In this document: positions 20,801 to 30,456 of the stretch, in pieces
How the letters are laid out: the number at the start of each line of letters is the position of its first letter
Position numbering within the stretch: position 1 is the first letter of the stretch
IMG/VR virus record: IMGVR_UViG_3300027820_000005
Span: 1-51,818 of that record
Length of the DNA: 51,818 nucleotides
Source of the DNA: a virus
Taxonomy: Duplodnaviria > Caudoviricetes
Strand: one strand, 5' to 3'
The notes under the pieces: generated by a model
Seen by the model: only the letters and a program-made list of their open reading frames with translations
Told to the model about the DNA's origin: nothing
Databases searched by the model: none
Translations under genes and position numbers: made by a program

Positions 20801-23800
20801 GTCCGCGTCACCGACGCGCGGCGTGTTCCGAGCCAGGATCGGCTTTCGGATGATGTCGGCCACGAGCTTTGACGTCGGCGGAAGGAGCCCACAGAACCGA
20901 GCGCCCTCCGCGTCACCGATGAACGCCGGCCGACCTCCGTTCGCGACGAAGATCCGCTGGTTGTGCACGGCCATCGACGTCTGCTCTTCGCTTGCGCCCA
21001 TGTCGTGCTTCATCGAAATGAAGGGATGCGACATGACGACGCCGAGCCCCACGGCCGAGGCCCCGATCCCGGTCTGAGCGTTCGTGGCTAGAGAGTCGCC
21101 GGCGTCAAAGCACAGGTGTCCGACGCCCTCCTGCAAGTCCGCGCGGAATCTAACGTCGTACTCCGGCACCGAGTAGTCGATCGCGAACGGGTCGTAGTTG
21201 GCACCGGACCCAGAACTCAGGTCGCGGCGAACGACGGCCACGCCAGCCAGGCGCCCCACGAGGCCGTCGACCACCCCCATTCTGTTTCCGCGCCGGATGA
21301 TGCGCCCTCCGAGCTCGTCGATCAGGAACGTCGGGTTGTCCGGGAAGAGCTCCTCCATGCCCCGCGAGGCTCCGAGCCAGAGCTGGAACTGCCGGTCGGT
21401 CTCGGGCGTGTACTGCCCGGTCGTCACGGAGTCGATCCACGGGTTCGCGGAAGGCGAGGCGTTCGTCGATGCGTTGACCGTAACGGCGTCCCACGGAGAG
21501 TCACCAGGGCGGCGCTTGCCATGAATGAAGAAGCGCGGGTAGTTCGCATCCCCGAGAACGAACTCGATCTCGACGCGAAGGTGTACCCACTCTCCCGCGG
21601 GCACCGTCTCCTTGTCAGAGGCGATGTACTGACCGTGCTCCGGTGGGCCGGATCCGCCGCTGTAGCTCTGCGGAGACCCGATCCCGAACTCCTGGCGCCC
21701 GTTGTTGATCCTCCAGAACCAGCGCAGCTTCCGGTCGTTCTCGGTGTCCGACGCCGAGCCACCAGCGACGTCCAGGCCGTGCTCGACGCTACCGTGCCAT
21801 GCGATCGTCTGAGTCCCCTCGACGGATTCCAGGTACACCCAGGCGTCGAACTGCCAGACCTTGTTGTTGGTCCCCGGCCCATAGATGAAGTCGGCGTTGC
21901 GGCTCACCTTCCACGCAACGTAGTCCTTCTGCCCGGGAAGGAAGTCCAGGCTACTGTTCAGATCGTCGGTCGGCCCTTCATCCCGCCATCGGTCGTCGAC
22001 GTTGAACAGCGCTCCGCGCGCACTCGCGTAGACGTTCTCGTTCAGGTTCTTGAGGCCGAGGATCCGGTTCGCGCGAGGCGCGCTCAGGCCGCGCGTCCAC
22101 ATCCTGGCGACCCCCGCGATCGAGCCGCCCGCGACCGGAGAGAAGATCGAGAGGCCGAAGTTGCCCGTCACCGGAGCCCGGTTGAAGAACAGGTTGGGCA
22201 CCACAACGGCGTCCGACGCCTTGGTGGTCCCGGGCTTGAACGGAACGCCGCCACCGAGGGCGATCGGCTTCCTCGAGATACCGTCACCGAAGGCCGTGTA
22301 GCCCACGACGCGGAAGGAGTAGGCCGTGACCGAGGTTGCGGTCGCCGTCCTGATCGGAGTGACCGTAGCGAGAGAAGCGCCGCCAGAGGCCACCGATCGG
22401 ATGCCGTAGAACTCCTCCTGCCTCGTCGGAGCATCGCGCCCACCGCTCCGAACGAACTCGTCTCCGTTCACGAGCAGGTAGGTCCCCTGGATCCCCTCGC
22501 TGTCCTCCGCTGAGTCGACCGTGCTGAACGCCTGGTTCGATGAGGCCGTGACCGTCTGCGATCCCTCGACCACGTTCGCGACCTTCGAGTTGGGGGAGAT
22601 CGCCTGCAGCAGATCGGAGGCTGAGAGCTCCCGCAGCGGCAAGCCGCGGCCGGCGGAGAGCTTGCCGTTGTCGTCGACGAGAGGGCTTCCGTTCGACGTG
22701 CCTATGGCGCCAGGCGCGGCCGAGGCGAACACGCGCACCTCGTCCACGATCATCCGAGCGCGCACCTCCGAGTATCCGAGCCCGGTCGGGTCGGCGCACC
22801 CACCGATCGTCACAACCGACCGCAACAGGTCTTTCTTGCTGATCGTGACGGCCGTAGGCGACGTCCCGAGGTTCTGCTCTTGCCCGAAGTACTGAATCTC
22901 GCCCTGCGCCGGGCTCACGCCAGCCGACGCCGTGGAGATGAGACCGACCGGCTTCCCGGCCAAGTAGACGTGGAACTGATCTTCCGTCCCAGTTGGATGC
23001 ACTCCGATCTGGATGGTGACTGCGTTCCCCACCCACGGAGCGTCGGTATCGAACGTGAACCCATCCGTCGTGTTGTGCACGCCGTTCACGGGAAGAAGCG
23101 GGTCTCCCGAGTTGTCGGCCCCGTAGGAGCACAGCGCCTGGAACATCATGGGCGCGCGTGTCGGGTTCGCGCCGGAAGCCGATGTCCATATGGCCCGGTG
23201 CGTAAGCTGCATCAGCGGCTTCGGTGACGTGTGGTGCCCCGACTCGTCGGGAGCGCGAACGTCCCACGACGCCAGGCATGGCGCGTAGGAGCCGACCCTG
23301 CGACCGCTTTCGGTGGCGTGCGTGACCGACTTGCCGTAGATGGCCTCCGGCATCGTCACGGTGAGCTCGATGGCGAACCCGGCCTTGCCCGTCCTGAGAA
23401 GCTGCTGAAACTCGCGGCCGAACACGGGGTTGTCGGACAGGTCGAGCTCGATGGCCTCACCCTCGCCGGAAAGAAACAGGCTCTTGCGGCCGCGCGTGCC
23501 TCGATCAGATACGCCAAGTCCGAACGGCGCGAGGTATGCGTCGTTGCCGCCCACCAGCTCGCGCACCGTTCCGCCGCCGGCGTCGTCCATCGGCCAGTAG
23601 CTCGCGAGCGTGTCGAGGTCGGGCTCCGTCGGATCGTCCAGCTCGACGGTCGAGCGGAGGCTGAACTCTACGCGGTCGTCCGCGTAGTCACGCGGCGCGC
23701 TGTAGACCCTCACGTCTCCAATCACGAGGTCACGCTGGTTCCACCGGAACGCTTGGATCAGGCAGTAGGGTTGAGACGAGAAGGACCCCGAGAAAGCGGA

Positions 23801-25372
23801 AGCCCCTGTCGGGTTGTGCACCTGGAACTGCACGTTGCTCGAGTTGTGCGTCGACCCGCTGATGGTCATTACGCCGCCAGGCAACACGGCGTTCGCGGCC
23901 GACGAATCGCTGGTGAAGATCAGCCGATACCCGTTCAGAGCTTCCGCGTTCAAGATCGAACTGAGCGCGCCGTACCCGGCCCAGATCCCGGTCCATCCGA
24001 GTGGAGACGTCGTGACTCCCGCAGCCAGGAGGCCCGCCTGGTCGCACTCGATCTCGTCGGTGCCCGTGTAGTTGAACGTGAACCCGTAGGCCCCCGAGCC
24101 GTAGAGTTGCTCGGCCGTCAGGACGGATCGGTCAACCAGGCGGTGCCCGCCGTGCTCCATCGGAGCCGAGTCCATTCCGTACGGGATGTAGCCCTGGTCC
24201 CCCAGTGACGCCTGCCGATAGCCGAGCCCCCCGAACATCGCGTCCTTTCCCTGGTATCGGACGCCGTACTTGACGAGGTACTCGAGCGAGTCGGCCGGCC
24301 CCTTGTTCACCCAGACGCCGCCGCCGCCGTTGTTCATGCCGGGGGCCCACTCGAACGTCTCCAGGTTGTTGTAGTCCTCGACGACCTGGAAGCGCACGGC
24401 GCCGTCGTTGTTCCAGTCCGTCGAGATCACATCCGAGGCGTCGACGACGGATCCGCTGTCGAGCTCGAGCTGGACGGCAACGTGGTACGTTCGCCCCGGC
24501 TCGATGAACTTCTCGCACACGATCGAGCGGAGAGCCTGCGAGCCCGCGACCGCGCTCCCGTCGAGCCCACCGTCGTAGACGGTTCCGTTGTCGAGCCGAT
24601 AGGCGAAGTCGTCGGCGCTGTCCTGGCCCCAGGCCGGCGAGTCGAGCCACATGAAGCACAGGGCGTACGGGCTCTGTCGCGGCAGCTCCTTGGGCGGGTT
24701 CGCCTCTCCGTAGAGGTCCGCCAGCCAGTAGAACGGCGACCGTGAACCGGCGTTCGATGAGTTCTTCGGGGCCGCTCCCGTGTTCACGATCGCGAGCGCC
24801 CAAGACATCGGGGACGTGCGATCGCCGCCCTTCTGCAAGATGCACACGCAGTCGTCCAGGGCCTCGTTCGCACCGTAGTTCGCGCGGAGCGAGTCGTTGC
24901 CCGAGGTCTGGCTCGCTCCGTCTCCGAAGTGAAAGCCGGGCAAGAGGTCGACGTCCTCTGGCACCTTGAAGCTGACCTTGATCTCGAAGCTCCTCCCCCG
25001 GGCCGTGTGATAGCGACCGGACGGGAACGTGCCTTCGCTCTTGAAGAGTCCGCCGATGTCCGACTTCTCGCTGTAGGGGAAGAAGACGTAGTTCCGCAGC
25101 GGGACGGACCGCAGCGACGAGTCCGAGCTGTTGATGCTCGTGGAGAGCGGGGAGAAGCCGGGGTCGACGCTCGTGCGCACCGCGCTTCGCGGCGCGACCT
25201 GGTTGTTGAACTTGAGGCACCCGCCCGACGAGTGCACCGAGTCCCGATCGAACTCTACGTTCTCACAGTCCGGTGTCTCGTTGGCCGCGATCGCCGTGGG
25301 GTGCCGAGAGTCGTTGAGCCCGCCCGCGAGGTTCGTCAGCCGCTCGGGCTCCCTGTAGTGACTCTTCGGCAT
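17828..25372 (-). CDS. Tail nozzle-like protein (tail tubular B / P22 gp10-like) with LamG-like insertions (2514 aa)
   Basis: N-terminal LAGGLN..AIAANETPDCENVEF and C-terminal AYWETGWLDLG..KSFRYL nozzle-like motifs; internal YWPMDDAGG and FDAWVY..GEWVHL LamG-like motifs. Confidence 0.7.
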   Translation of the reverse strand: MPKSHYREPERLTNLAGGLNDSRHPTAIAANETPDCENVEFDRDSVHSSGGCLKFNNQVAPRSAVRTSVDPGFSPLSTSINSSDSSLRSVPLRNYVFFPYSEKSDIGGLFKSEGTFPSGRYHTARGRSFEIKVSFKVPEDVDLLPGFHFGDGASQTSGNDSLRANYGANEALDDCVCILQKGGDRTSPMSWALAIVNTGAAPKNSSNAGSRSPFYWLADLYGEANPPKELPRQSPYALCFMWLDSPAWGQDSADDFAYRLDNGTVYDGGLDGSAVAGSQALRSIVCEKFIEPGRTYHVAVQLELDSGSVVDASDVISTDWNNDGAVRFQVVEDYNNLETFEWAPGMNNGGGGVWVNKGPADSLEYLVKYGVRYQGKDAMFGGLGYRQASLGDQGYIPYGMDSAPMEHGGHRLVDRSVLTAEQLYGSGAYGFTFNYTGTDEIECDQAGLLAAGVTTSPLGWTGIWAGYGALSSILNAEALNGYRLIFTSDSSAANAVLPGGVMTISGSTHNSSNVQFQVHNPTGASAFSGSFSSQPYCLIQAFRWNQRDLVIGDVRVYSAPRDYADDRVEFSLRSTVELDDPTEPDLDTLASYWPMDDAGGGTVRELVGGNDAYLAPFGLGVSDRGTRGRKSLFLSGEGEAIELDLSDNPVFGREFQQLLRTGKAGFAIELTVTMPEAIYGKSVTHATESGRRVGSYAPCLASWDVRAPDESGHHTSPKPLMQLTHRAIWTSASGANPTRAPMMFQALCSYGADNSGDPLLPVNGVHNTTDGFTFDTDAPWVGNAVTIQIGVHPTGTEDQFHVYLAGKPVGLISTASAGVSPAQGEIQYFGQEQNLGTSPTAVTISKKDLLRSVVTIGGCADPTGLGYSEVRARMIVDEVRVFASAAPGAIGTSNGSPLVDDNGKLSAGRGLPLRELSASDLLQAISPNSKVANVVEGSQTVTASSNQAFSTVDSAEDSEGIQGTYLLVNGDEFVRSGGRDAPTRQEEFYGIRSVASGGASLATVTPIRTATATSVTAYSFRVVGYTAFGDGISRKPIALGGGVPFKPGTTKASDAVVVPNLFFNRAPVTGNFGLSIFSPVAGGSIAGVARMWTRGLSAPRANRILGLKNLNENVYASARGALFNVDDRWRDEGPTDDLNSSLDFLPGQKDYVAWKVSRNADFIYGPGTNNKVWQFDAWVYLESVEGTQTIAWHGSVEHGLDVAGGSASDTENDRKLRWFWRINNGRQEFGIGSPQSYSGGSGPPEHGQYIASDKETVPAGEWVHLRVEIEFVLGDANYPRFFIHGKRRPGDSPWDAVTVNASTNASPSANPWIDSVTTGQYTPETDRQFQLWLGASRGMEELFPDNPTFLIDELGGRIIRRGNRMGVVDGLVGRLAGVAVVRRDLSSGSGANYDPFAIDYSVPEYDVRFRADLQEGVGHLCFDAGDSLATNAQTGIGASAVGLGVVMSHPFISMKHDMGASEEQTSMAVHNQRIFVANGGRPAFIGDAEGARFCGLLPPTSKLVADIIRKPILARNTPRVGDADYVAGSFVTPLQDADVSADQADQRYHFDNPGTWFLRQTYHKEMAWEFPDGGSRDIFAFKCYFMLRNTHGRIPLYSQRRGVDAGGPFVEVRDGKVVFGWFDLDLKKEVSISTNVPVVRAGYWNYLYVRKRWPERDADEGNWINSVYLDDAAGECKDLFVVRELDQELATDVKRPWWSHKAGGRMAVSFTTSDYRDGDMPNIPATGMVSLKSSAGITFSGNASGVITPSSQYFHPDHVGMLFWFDPDDVTSGFEQPYVITGWTDASPDTVTVKALDGSTPDLSSLSGDGGAVFSGVSLVKSPDFDNASRPDPGPYDIELFGSQLARDPATGITPFDGKFDSFAYHVTSLSANTVIFEAAAGDPPLDDALEMGSDDLNALMSSATAPGPLRTAGGSCFASVHTNTYAAGGSEQDVTAKVLPNKELEVALSTESSVNALPLRVEYIRQPTLFRARRLVRVAFHDPTLGLTSFPGPPLTVVPEAEDVNNPAGDVRLLLRRLPISVDGEQVQRRVYLTQPGGSAFFLQKIIPDNESTSVELRLTDDPLALGEALRFDNLDPPDCHVVASSQGAMFYGRIAGDREQPDGIAYSQFASPFSVPPTNLVVINAGGADAIRAMRGHRGKLIVYKGDYVAKIVVRGAVALVEEVTNSVGCSAHQTAESLDDRLYSLAARGPYVYTGAGTPAWIAHSVDAFFNGTGLVSVDARELNRASAAINKRRNQYVMALQAAGEESPQVRITTEYDNALSGVSTGRKMPALHRFGRLRHPNVTALGVVNPVGGGTERLIGGTEEGFVVWLDRSDTRRIMIGGDSSIWGVTAPGSSGVVVGNSYISIGGTSIDKQLEGIRGCPVYWGQNSYGTALFATNSAIHLTAPVKMASEPSPPVRIGPRVAYWETGWLDLGRIENSKSFRYLDFVHAISNGSVKVQAFLDMDDATDLLDCTHRLDSGSGQYGYASLDINQLKGRRVKFRFYLDYAAADVDLELVEIALRGQDADVR

Positions 25373-25375
25373 GGA

Positions 25376-26044
25376 TCATCGCTTCTCGCGATAGCCGCCG
25401 ATCCAGAGACCGAACGAGGCACCCTCGCCGTTGCTGTAGTTGTTCGCGGACTCGGCAGCGAACAGAAGCCCACCTGGAAGACGGGACTCCACGAGGTACT
25501 GGCGCGCGTCGCCGTTCTCGAGAGGCAGGACCAATCCCGCCGTCGTCGACTGGTCTCCGAAGTGAGGCTTGAACTGCATCGCCTCGGCGTCGTTCTGCGA
25601 GCCGAGAGAGCTCGCCCACAGAAGCTCGGCCTCGGGATATCCGAGGTCTCGAATGCCGTTCAGCGTGCCGGCGAAGTTGCCCCCAGTGACGGCGAACAGA
25701 GAGATCGCCGCGTAGTCCGCGGCCGCCTCCGGCGTGAACCGGATGCGCCCAGCCGTTGCCGAGCCCTTGTAGCTCACGACACGGAACGTCTTGCCGTCCA
25801 GCGTGAACGCTTCGCCAGCCGCAGGGGGTCCGCTGGTGACGCCTGTGATGTTGGCTTCGAGAATCGGCGCCAGGGCGGACTCCCAGGCGTTGGCCGTAAG
25901 GTTGTTCAGGTCGACCGTGCCGCCGAAGTTCGATGCGTCCACCTCGAACGAGTTGTGCTTGGGGTACACGAGGACTCGCGTCAGCGCCCCGGGATTGGTC
26001 GAGCTAGCAATCGTGAATCCGCAAGTGAGCGTGGCTTTCTTCAT
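25376..26044 (-). CDS. Hypothetical virion protein (222 aa)
   Basis: Tightly packed in the late operon; coding-like codon bias. Confidence 0.7.
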   Translation of the reverse strand: MKKATLTCGFTIASSTNPGALTRVLVYPKHNSFEVDASNFGGTVDLNNLTANAWESALAPILEANITGVTSGPPAAGEAFTLDGKTFRVVSYKGSATAGRIRFTPEAAADYAAISLFAVTGGNFAGTLNGIRDLGYPEAELLWASSLGSQNDAEAMQFKPHFGDQSTTAGLVLPLENGDARQYLVESRLPGGLLFAAESANNYSNGEGASFGLWIGGYREKR

Positions 26045-26046
26045 GG

Positions 26047-27090
26047 CTACCCCAGTATGTCGATTGCCGGCGCGTCGTCATAGGTGCTAGACGTCGCCCG
26101 TCTCCGGTTGGTGCGAATGAAGTCGGGCTCTTGCCCCTGCCGCGGCTGGATGTGCTGCAGGTAGTTCACCCACTCCTCGTTGAGCTCGCCGGCGATCGCC
26201 CGCAGCTCGTCGTTGTTGCCCTTCGACTCCCAGCAGGCACGGCAGACGAGCAGGATGAGCAGGCGGACGTGCTCTTCCGCGATCTCCGTCTGGAACTCGT
26301 AGGTGTCGTTCGCGGCCGGCGGAACCGGTAGGGCCTTGTCGAGCGTCAGGAGCGTGTAGAACTTCGAGGCGTCCTCGTTCCGGTGGCTGCTCGCCGTCAC
26401 GCGCGCGATCGCGCCGCTGATGATGTGCGTGGGGCTGTCGGTTCCCGTCAGCTCGACGATCGCGTTCCGGTACGAGTTGGCCTCCGTCTCGTTCGGGAAC
26501 TCCGCGTCCTCGTCCGGTTCCATGTAGAGCTGGATCGTCCCCGAGACGCCCGTCGACGGCTTCCCCACGGTCCCGCGCGTCATGCGAGCCGGCAGCTTCA
26601 CCGTGTCGACCTGGAGATCAAGGGCGTTCGCGTGCCGCAGCCGAAGCGTCGTGTTGGCGACCATGTGATAGTTCGGCCCGCCGCGCCCCGAGGTCCGCCT
26701 GTCCGCCGGCTGGATGAAGTCGGGCTCCGGCTGCGAGTCGGTCGCCTGCTCTCGAACGCCGGCCACGCGCATCGACCAGGTGGGCAAGATGTAGTCCCAC
26801 ACGTTCGAGTGCACCTGGATCGCGTCTTCCTTGGAGAGAAGGACCGCGCAGTTGTGGAAGCCCTGGTCGAGCTCCATTTGCTTTCTCACGAGCCCGCGGA
26901 TCGTCCTGTTCGCGTGCCGCATCAGCACGCCGTCGTCCCACCGGACCTTCGCGCTTCCCGACAGATCGTCGGGGTCGTCCAGCATGTCGCGCACCTCGAG
27001 CAAGAACTGGGTCACGTTCATGCGTCGGCGCCCCCCCTGCATTTGGTACTGCAGGAACTTGTGTGCCGGAAGCGGGTTCTGAGAAGGCAT
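26047..27090 (-). CDS. Head-tail adaptor-like protein (up to 347 aa; alternative start 27021)
   Basis: MNVTQFLLEVRDMLDD..W....LMRHAN N-terminus and IAEEHVRLLIL C-terminal motif typical of adaptors; synteny. Confidence 0.6.
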   Translation of the reverse strand: MPSQNPLPAHKFLQYQMQGGRRRMNVTQFLLEVRDMLDDPDDLSGSAKVRWDDGVLMRHANRTIRGLVRKQMELDQGFHNCAVLLSKEDAIQVHSNVWDYILPTWSMRVAGVREQATDSQPEPDFIQPADRRTSGRGGPNYHMVANTTLRLRHANALDLQVDTVKLPARMTRGTVGKPSTGVSGTIQLYMEPDEDAEFPNETEANSYRNAIVELTGTDSPTHIISGAIARVTASSHRNEDASKFYTLLTLDKALPVPPAANDTYEFQTEIAEEHVRLLILLVCRACWESKGNNDELRAIAGELNEEWVNYLQHIQPRQGQEPDFIRTNRRRATSSTYDDAPAIDILG

Positions 27091-27091
27091 G

Positions 27092-27571
27092 TCACGTCGG
27101 GATCACGAGCTCCTTCGGCCGGCGGATCTTGTCGCGCATGAGCCGCCCCTCGCGCAACGCTCGGCGCATTTGGCCGACGGCGTTCTTCCGACCGGGACCG
27201 CTGGCAACGCGGTTCTCGGTGACGTACCGGAGCCACTCCAGGCCCTCGTCTCGCGCCTGCTTGAGCCGCGCCACCGTCTGGACCTTCGCCGCCATCTCCG
27301 GGTCTCCCATCGACTCGTTGATGACCGCGACGTTCGAATCGGAGGCCGTGCAGTTCGTCCACGACCAGTCGATGCTTCTGAGGTGCTGCAGGAGCGGCTC
27401 GGCAGGATCTACCGGGCCGCTCCAGTTCAGCACATGGTGCAGACGGCCAGACTGAGAGCCGACCTCCTGGACGACCCAGTGGCCTTCGGCCCAGTCGAAG
27501 TGGATGCGCAGCCGGTGGTCCAGCTCGCGCAGCCTCTTCTCGATACGCGCCTGCGCCGTGGGGTTCGTCAC
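27092..27571 (-). CDS. Hypothetical protein (159 aa)
   Basis: Overlaps the upstream stop; in the late operon. Confidence 0.7.
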   Translation of the reverse strand: MTNPTAQARIEKRLRELDHRLRIHFDWAEGHWVVQEVGSQSGRLHHVLNWSGPVDPAEPLLQHLRSIDWSWTNCTASDSNVAVINESMGDPEMAAKVQTVARLKQARDEGLEWLRYVTENRVASGPGRKNAVGQMRRALREGRLMRDKIRRPKELVIPT

Positions 27572-28125
27572 TTGCCCCTCTGGACGATCGCTCGAAGCTG
27601 CTTGGTGCCATCGTAGGTGCTGGACGACACGTCGATACCGCTGCTGTTCTCCCCGACGGTGATCGTCGGAGACGCGATGATCGCTCCGTTGAAGTAGACC
27701 GTCGACACGGCCTCCGCCGACAGGATGTTCATGGGGAGGCCGATCACGTTCCCCATGCCAACCGTGTAGTCGTCGGAGCCGGTCGCGCCGCTGACGTCGA
27801 CGGTGACAACCTTGGTCACCTGCGCGAACATCTTCTTCCCGGAGACCGTCTGGCTTCCCCCGCCCGGAGTGGGTCGGAAGACCTCGCTGATGGCCTTTCC
27901 GGTGGCGGAGATTCCGTAGACGGTGACGTACCCGGAAACGACCGAGCTGTTGGTGTCGAGGAGCGTGACCTCGACGTTCCGGGGGATGTCAGGCTGCCCA
28001 GCGAAGGACGATACGGTCTCGTCCTGGAAGTCGCGCACCGCAAGAATGCGGTCCACGTCGATCAGCGCGGGCGCCCCCATCTCCACGAATGAGGTGATGT
28101 CGAGTTCGGTGTCGGTAACAGGCAT
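27568..28125 (-). CDS. Putative capsid decoration / virion beta-sandwich protein (185 aa)
   Basis: First gene after the capsid gene; S/T/V/G-rich; PDIPRNV and SGKKMFAQVT motifs. Confidence 0.55.
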   Translation of the reverse strand: MPVTDTELDITSFVEMGAPALIDVDRILAVRDFQDETVSSFAGQPDIPRNVEVTLLDTNSSVVSGYVTVYGISATGKAISEVFRPTPGGGSQTVSGKKMFAQVTKVVTVDVSGATGSDDYTVGMGNVIGLPMNILSAEAVSTVYFNGAIIASPTITVGENSSGIDVSSSTYDGTKQLRAIVQRGK

Positions 28126-28154
28126 GGGATTGATGGGGGTTGAAAGGTGGAGGT

Positions 28155-28185
28155 GGGGGCCGCGCCATGACGAAACGCGGCCCCC
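28155..28185 (-). terminator. GC-rich hairpin downstream of the capsid gene (mRNA stabiliser or weak terminator)
   Basis: GGGGGCCGCG-N11-CGCGGCCCCC; no clear U-tract. Confidence 0.45.
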
Positions 28186-28197
28186 GAGGGAGGGAGA

Positions 28198-29547
28198 TCA
28201 GTTCTGGAGATCCACCAGGTGGAAGCCCGTGCGCTGACGGCAGTCGACGCCGACGGTGCAGCGGTACTTCATGGCGAGCTGGTAGTCCTCGTCGTCCTCG
28301 AGACGCTTCCACTTCTGCCCGTTCCAGTCGACGTAGCTCAGCGGAACCTTCTCGTAGATGCGGGCCTGGTCGATGTCCATGCCCTTCACGCGGTTGTCGT
28401 AGGCGTTGCGGTCCTTGATCCAGGGAACCCCGTTGAAGTCGAGCGACTTGTGACCGCCCGCGAGATCCTGGGTGTTGTTGAACCGCTTGTCCTTGACGAG
28501 CGTCTTGAGGTAGTCGTTGTAGGGACCACCGTTCGAGAGGAGGAGCTTGACGTCGGCGTTATTCCGACGCTCCGCCTCCCAGATCGCATCCTGCAGGATG
28601 TCTTCCGTGATCGCGCGCTTGACGCCGGCGTTCGAGCGAACAACCGCCTGGTTGTACTCGTTGCCGGATGCCGTCGCGTCGAGACCCTGGAAGCCGACCC
28701 CGCCCGCGGTCGTGTCGCCGTCGGCGCCGGTCTGCCCCACCGCGAGACCGTTGCCGTCCGCAATGTTGGCGTCGGAGAGGATGCCTTCCCAGCCCATCGG
28801 CTCGTTGCGATAGGCGCAGTCCTTGAGCGCGTAGCTCGTGTTGATGCCGGCCGTGCGGCACACCCAATCGCCCGTGGCGATCGCAGTGTTTCCGCCGGAC
28901 CCCGCGGTGAACGCATCCACCGTGAAGGTCGTGTCGGACGGAACCGTGAGCACGGTGGCGTGCGTGAGGCTCGTCCCGTCGGGCTGCATGAAGGCGAGCT
29001 TCATGCCGGGACGAATCCAGCGCGTCGGCGCCGTGTCACAGGTCGCCGCACCCTCGATGTCCTGGTTGATCTCCACCGTCACCGTAAGAGACGCGACCGA
29101 TACGACTTCGCACAGGCGACCCGAACCGTCGCTGTGAAGCATCCGGTTCTGTTCCTGAATGATGTCGTCGATGAGACCTTCGAGCTCGAACGTCACGAGG
29201 TCCACGTACGCGGCCGCGTCCTTGCGGGCGTCGTCGTAGGTCTCGCCGTCGATGAGCACGCGCGCGAACACCGTTCGCGTCATGAAGGTGTGCTGGTCCG
29301 CGCTCTGGCTGCCGGGGTCGGCCAGCTTTCCGCGGTGACCCACGGCGCTGATTCCCTCGTTGCGGCCTTTGCGAACCGGGTACGTCACGAACTTGCCCGC
29401 GATGTTCTCCGACGTCGAGGGCATGAGTGACCACAGGACCGCGCTGTTGTTTCGCGCGTCCACGATGATGGGCTGGAACCAATCCGTCACCAGGTGATCG
29501 TGGTAATCACCGGAGTAGATTTGTCCGCCGCCGTCTGCGATAGGCAT
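28198..29547 (-). CDS. Major capsid protein (449 aa)
   Basis: Follows the scaffold; NRMLHSDGSG and LAGGHKSLDFNGVPWIKD motifs resembling HK97-fold capsid proteins. Confidence 0.85.
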   Translation of the reverse strand: MPIADGGGQIYSGDYHDHLVTDWFQPIIVDARNNSAVLWSLMPSTSENIAGKFVTYPVRKGRNEGISAVGHRGKLADPGSQSADQHTFMTRTVFARVLIDGETYDDARKDAAAYVDLVTFELEGLIDDIIQEQNRMLHSDGSGRLCEVVSVASLTVTVEINQDIEGAATCDTAPTRWIRPGMKLAFMQPDGTSLTHATVLTVPSDTTFTVDAFTAGSGGNTAIATGDWVCRTAGINTSYALKDCAYRNEPMGWEGILSDANIADGNGLAVGQTGADGDTTAGGVGFQGLDATASGNEYNQAVVRSNAGVKRAITEDILQDAIWEAERRNNADVKLLLSNGGPYNDYLKTLVKDKRFNNTQDLAGGHKSLDFNGVPWIKDRNAYDNRVKGMDIDQARIYEKVPLSYVDWNGQKWKRLEDDEDYQLAMKYRCTVGVDCRQRTGFHLVDLQN

Positions 29548-29559
29548 GTCGTTTGCTTC

Positions 29560-30456
29560 CTAGCTTGCGCCGGGTGTTCCCGGCGTCTCCAAGAACTCGA
29601 TGAGCTTGCTCTTGAAGTTCCTTCGCGCATCGCTGCCGCGCTTCGACCAGTCCTTGTAGCTCGGCGTCTCGACGTTTCCGCCTTCCGAGAGTCCAGGGGT
29701 TGAGGACGAGGTGGGCATCGGTGCACTTCGAGCCGACCGGTCGCGTTGCTGCCGGTCGGCGTTGGCCTGCTCTTCCTGCATCGCCTTGAATCGCTGGGCG
29801 ACCGCCTCCAGAACATCCTTCGGGGCGTAGTTCTTGCCCTTGATGCTCAGGTGCGACATCACTTGCGCGGTCGCAAGCTCTTGCGCGGCTTCGCTACCAG
29901 CGAACGAGGGATGGTTCTGAACCAGGCTCGTCACTTCCGTCAACAGAGACTTCTTCTCGCCCTCCACCTGGAGTGACTCGAGCCTCTGCCTCATCGCCTG
30001 AATCTCGCCCTGCATCTCTCGACGCACGGCTTCTACGTCCGGGGAAGGGCCGTGATTGCCGATCGGCGTCGGGCCCCCGTCGTCTGTCGGATCGTCGTTC
30101 AAGCGTTGATCTCGTGGCGCCAGCCGAGCGCGGATCTCGGCGGCTGTAAGTCCGTTGTTCATGCCCGACACCACCTGGTCGAGCACCTCGAGCCCGGCCG
30201 GGTTCCGAGCCGCGGCCTGGCTGATGTAGTCGAGCGCCTGCAGGCGCCCGGCGCGCTGCTCGACCTCGGCAAGCCGTTGCTTCGCGTCGGCCTCGATCTG
30301 CCGCGCGCGCACGGCCGTCTTGAGGTAGTCGTTGATCTGCGACTCCTGCACTTCGACTCGCCCGCCGGGCAGCCCGTCCTCCTCCACGACGTAGGTCTTG
30401 GGCGTCGGGGGCGTCTCGGGCGTCTGGGGCTTCGGTTTCTCGTTGGGCTCAGGCAT
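29560..30456 (-). CDS. Capsid scaffolding protein (298 aa)
   Basis: Helical, charged, P-rich ends; directly upstream of the capsid gene. Confidence 0.65.
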   Translation of the reverse strand: MPEPNEKPKPQTPETPPTPKTYVVEEDGLPGGRVEVQESQINDYLKTAVRARQIEADAKQRLAEVEQRAGRLQALDYISQAAARNPAGLEVLDQVVSGMNNGLTAAEIRARLAPRDQRLNDDPTDDGGPTPIGNHGPSPDVEAVRREMQGEIQAMRQRLESLQVEGEKKSLLTEVTSLVQNHPSFAGSEAAQELATAQVMSHLSIKGKNYAPKDVLEAVAQRFKAMQEEQANADRQQRDRSARSAPMPTSSSTPGLSEGGNVETPSYKDWSKRGSDARRNFKSKLIEFLETPGTPGAS

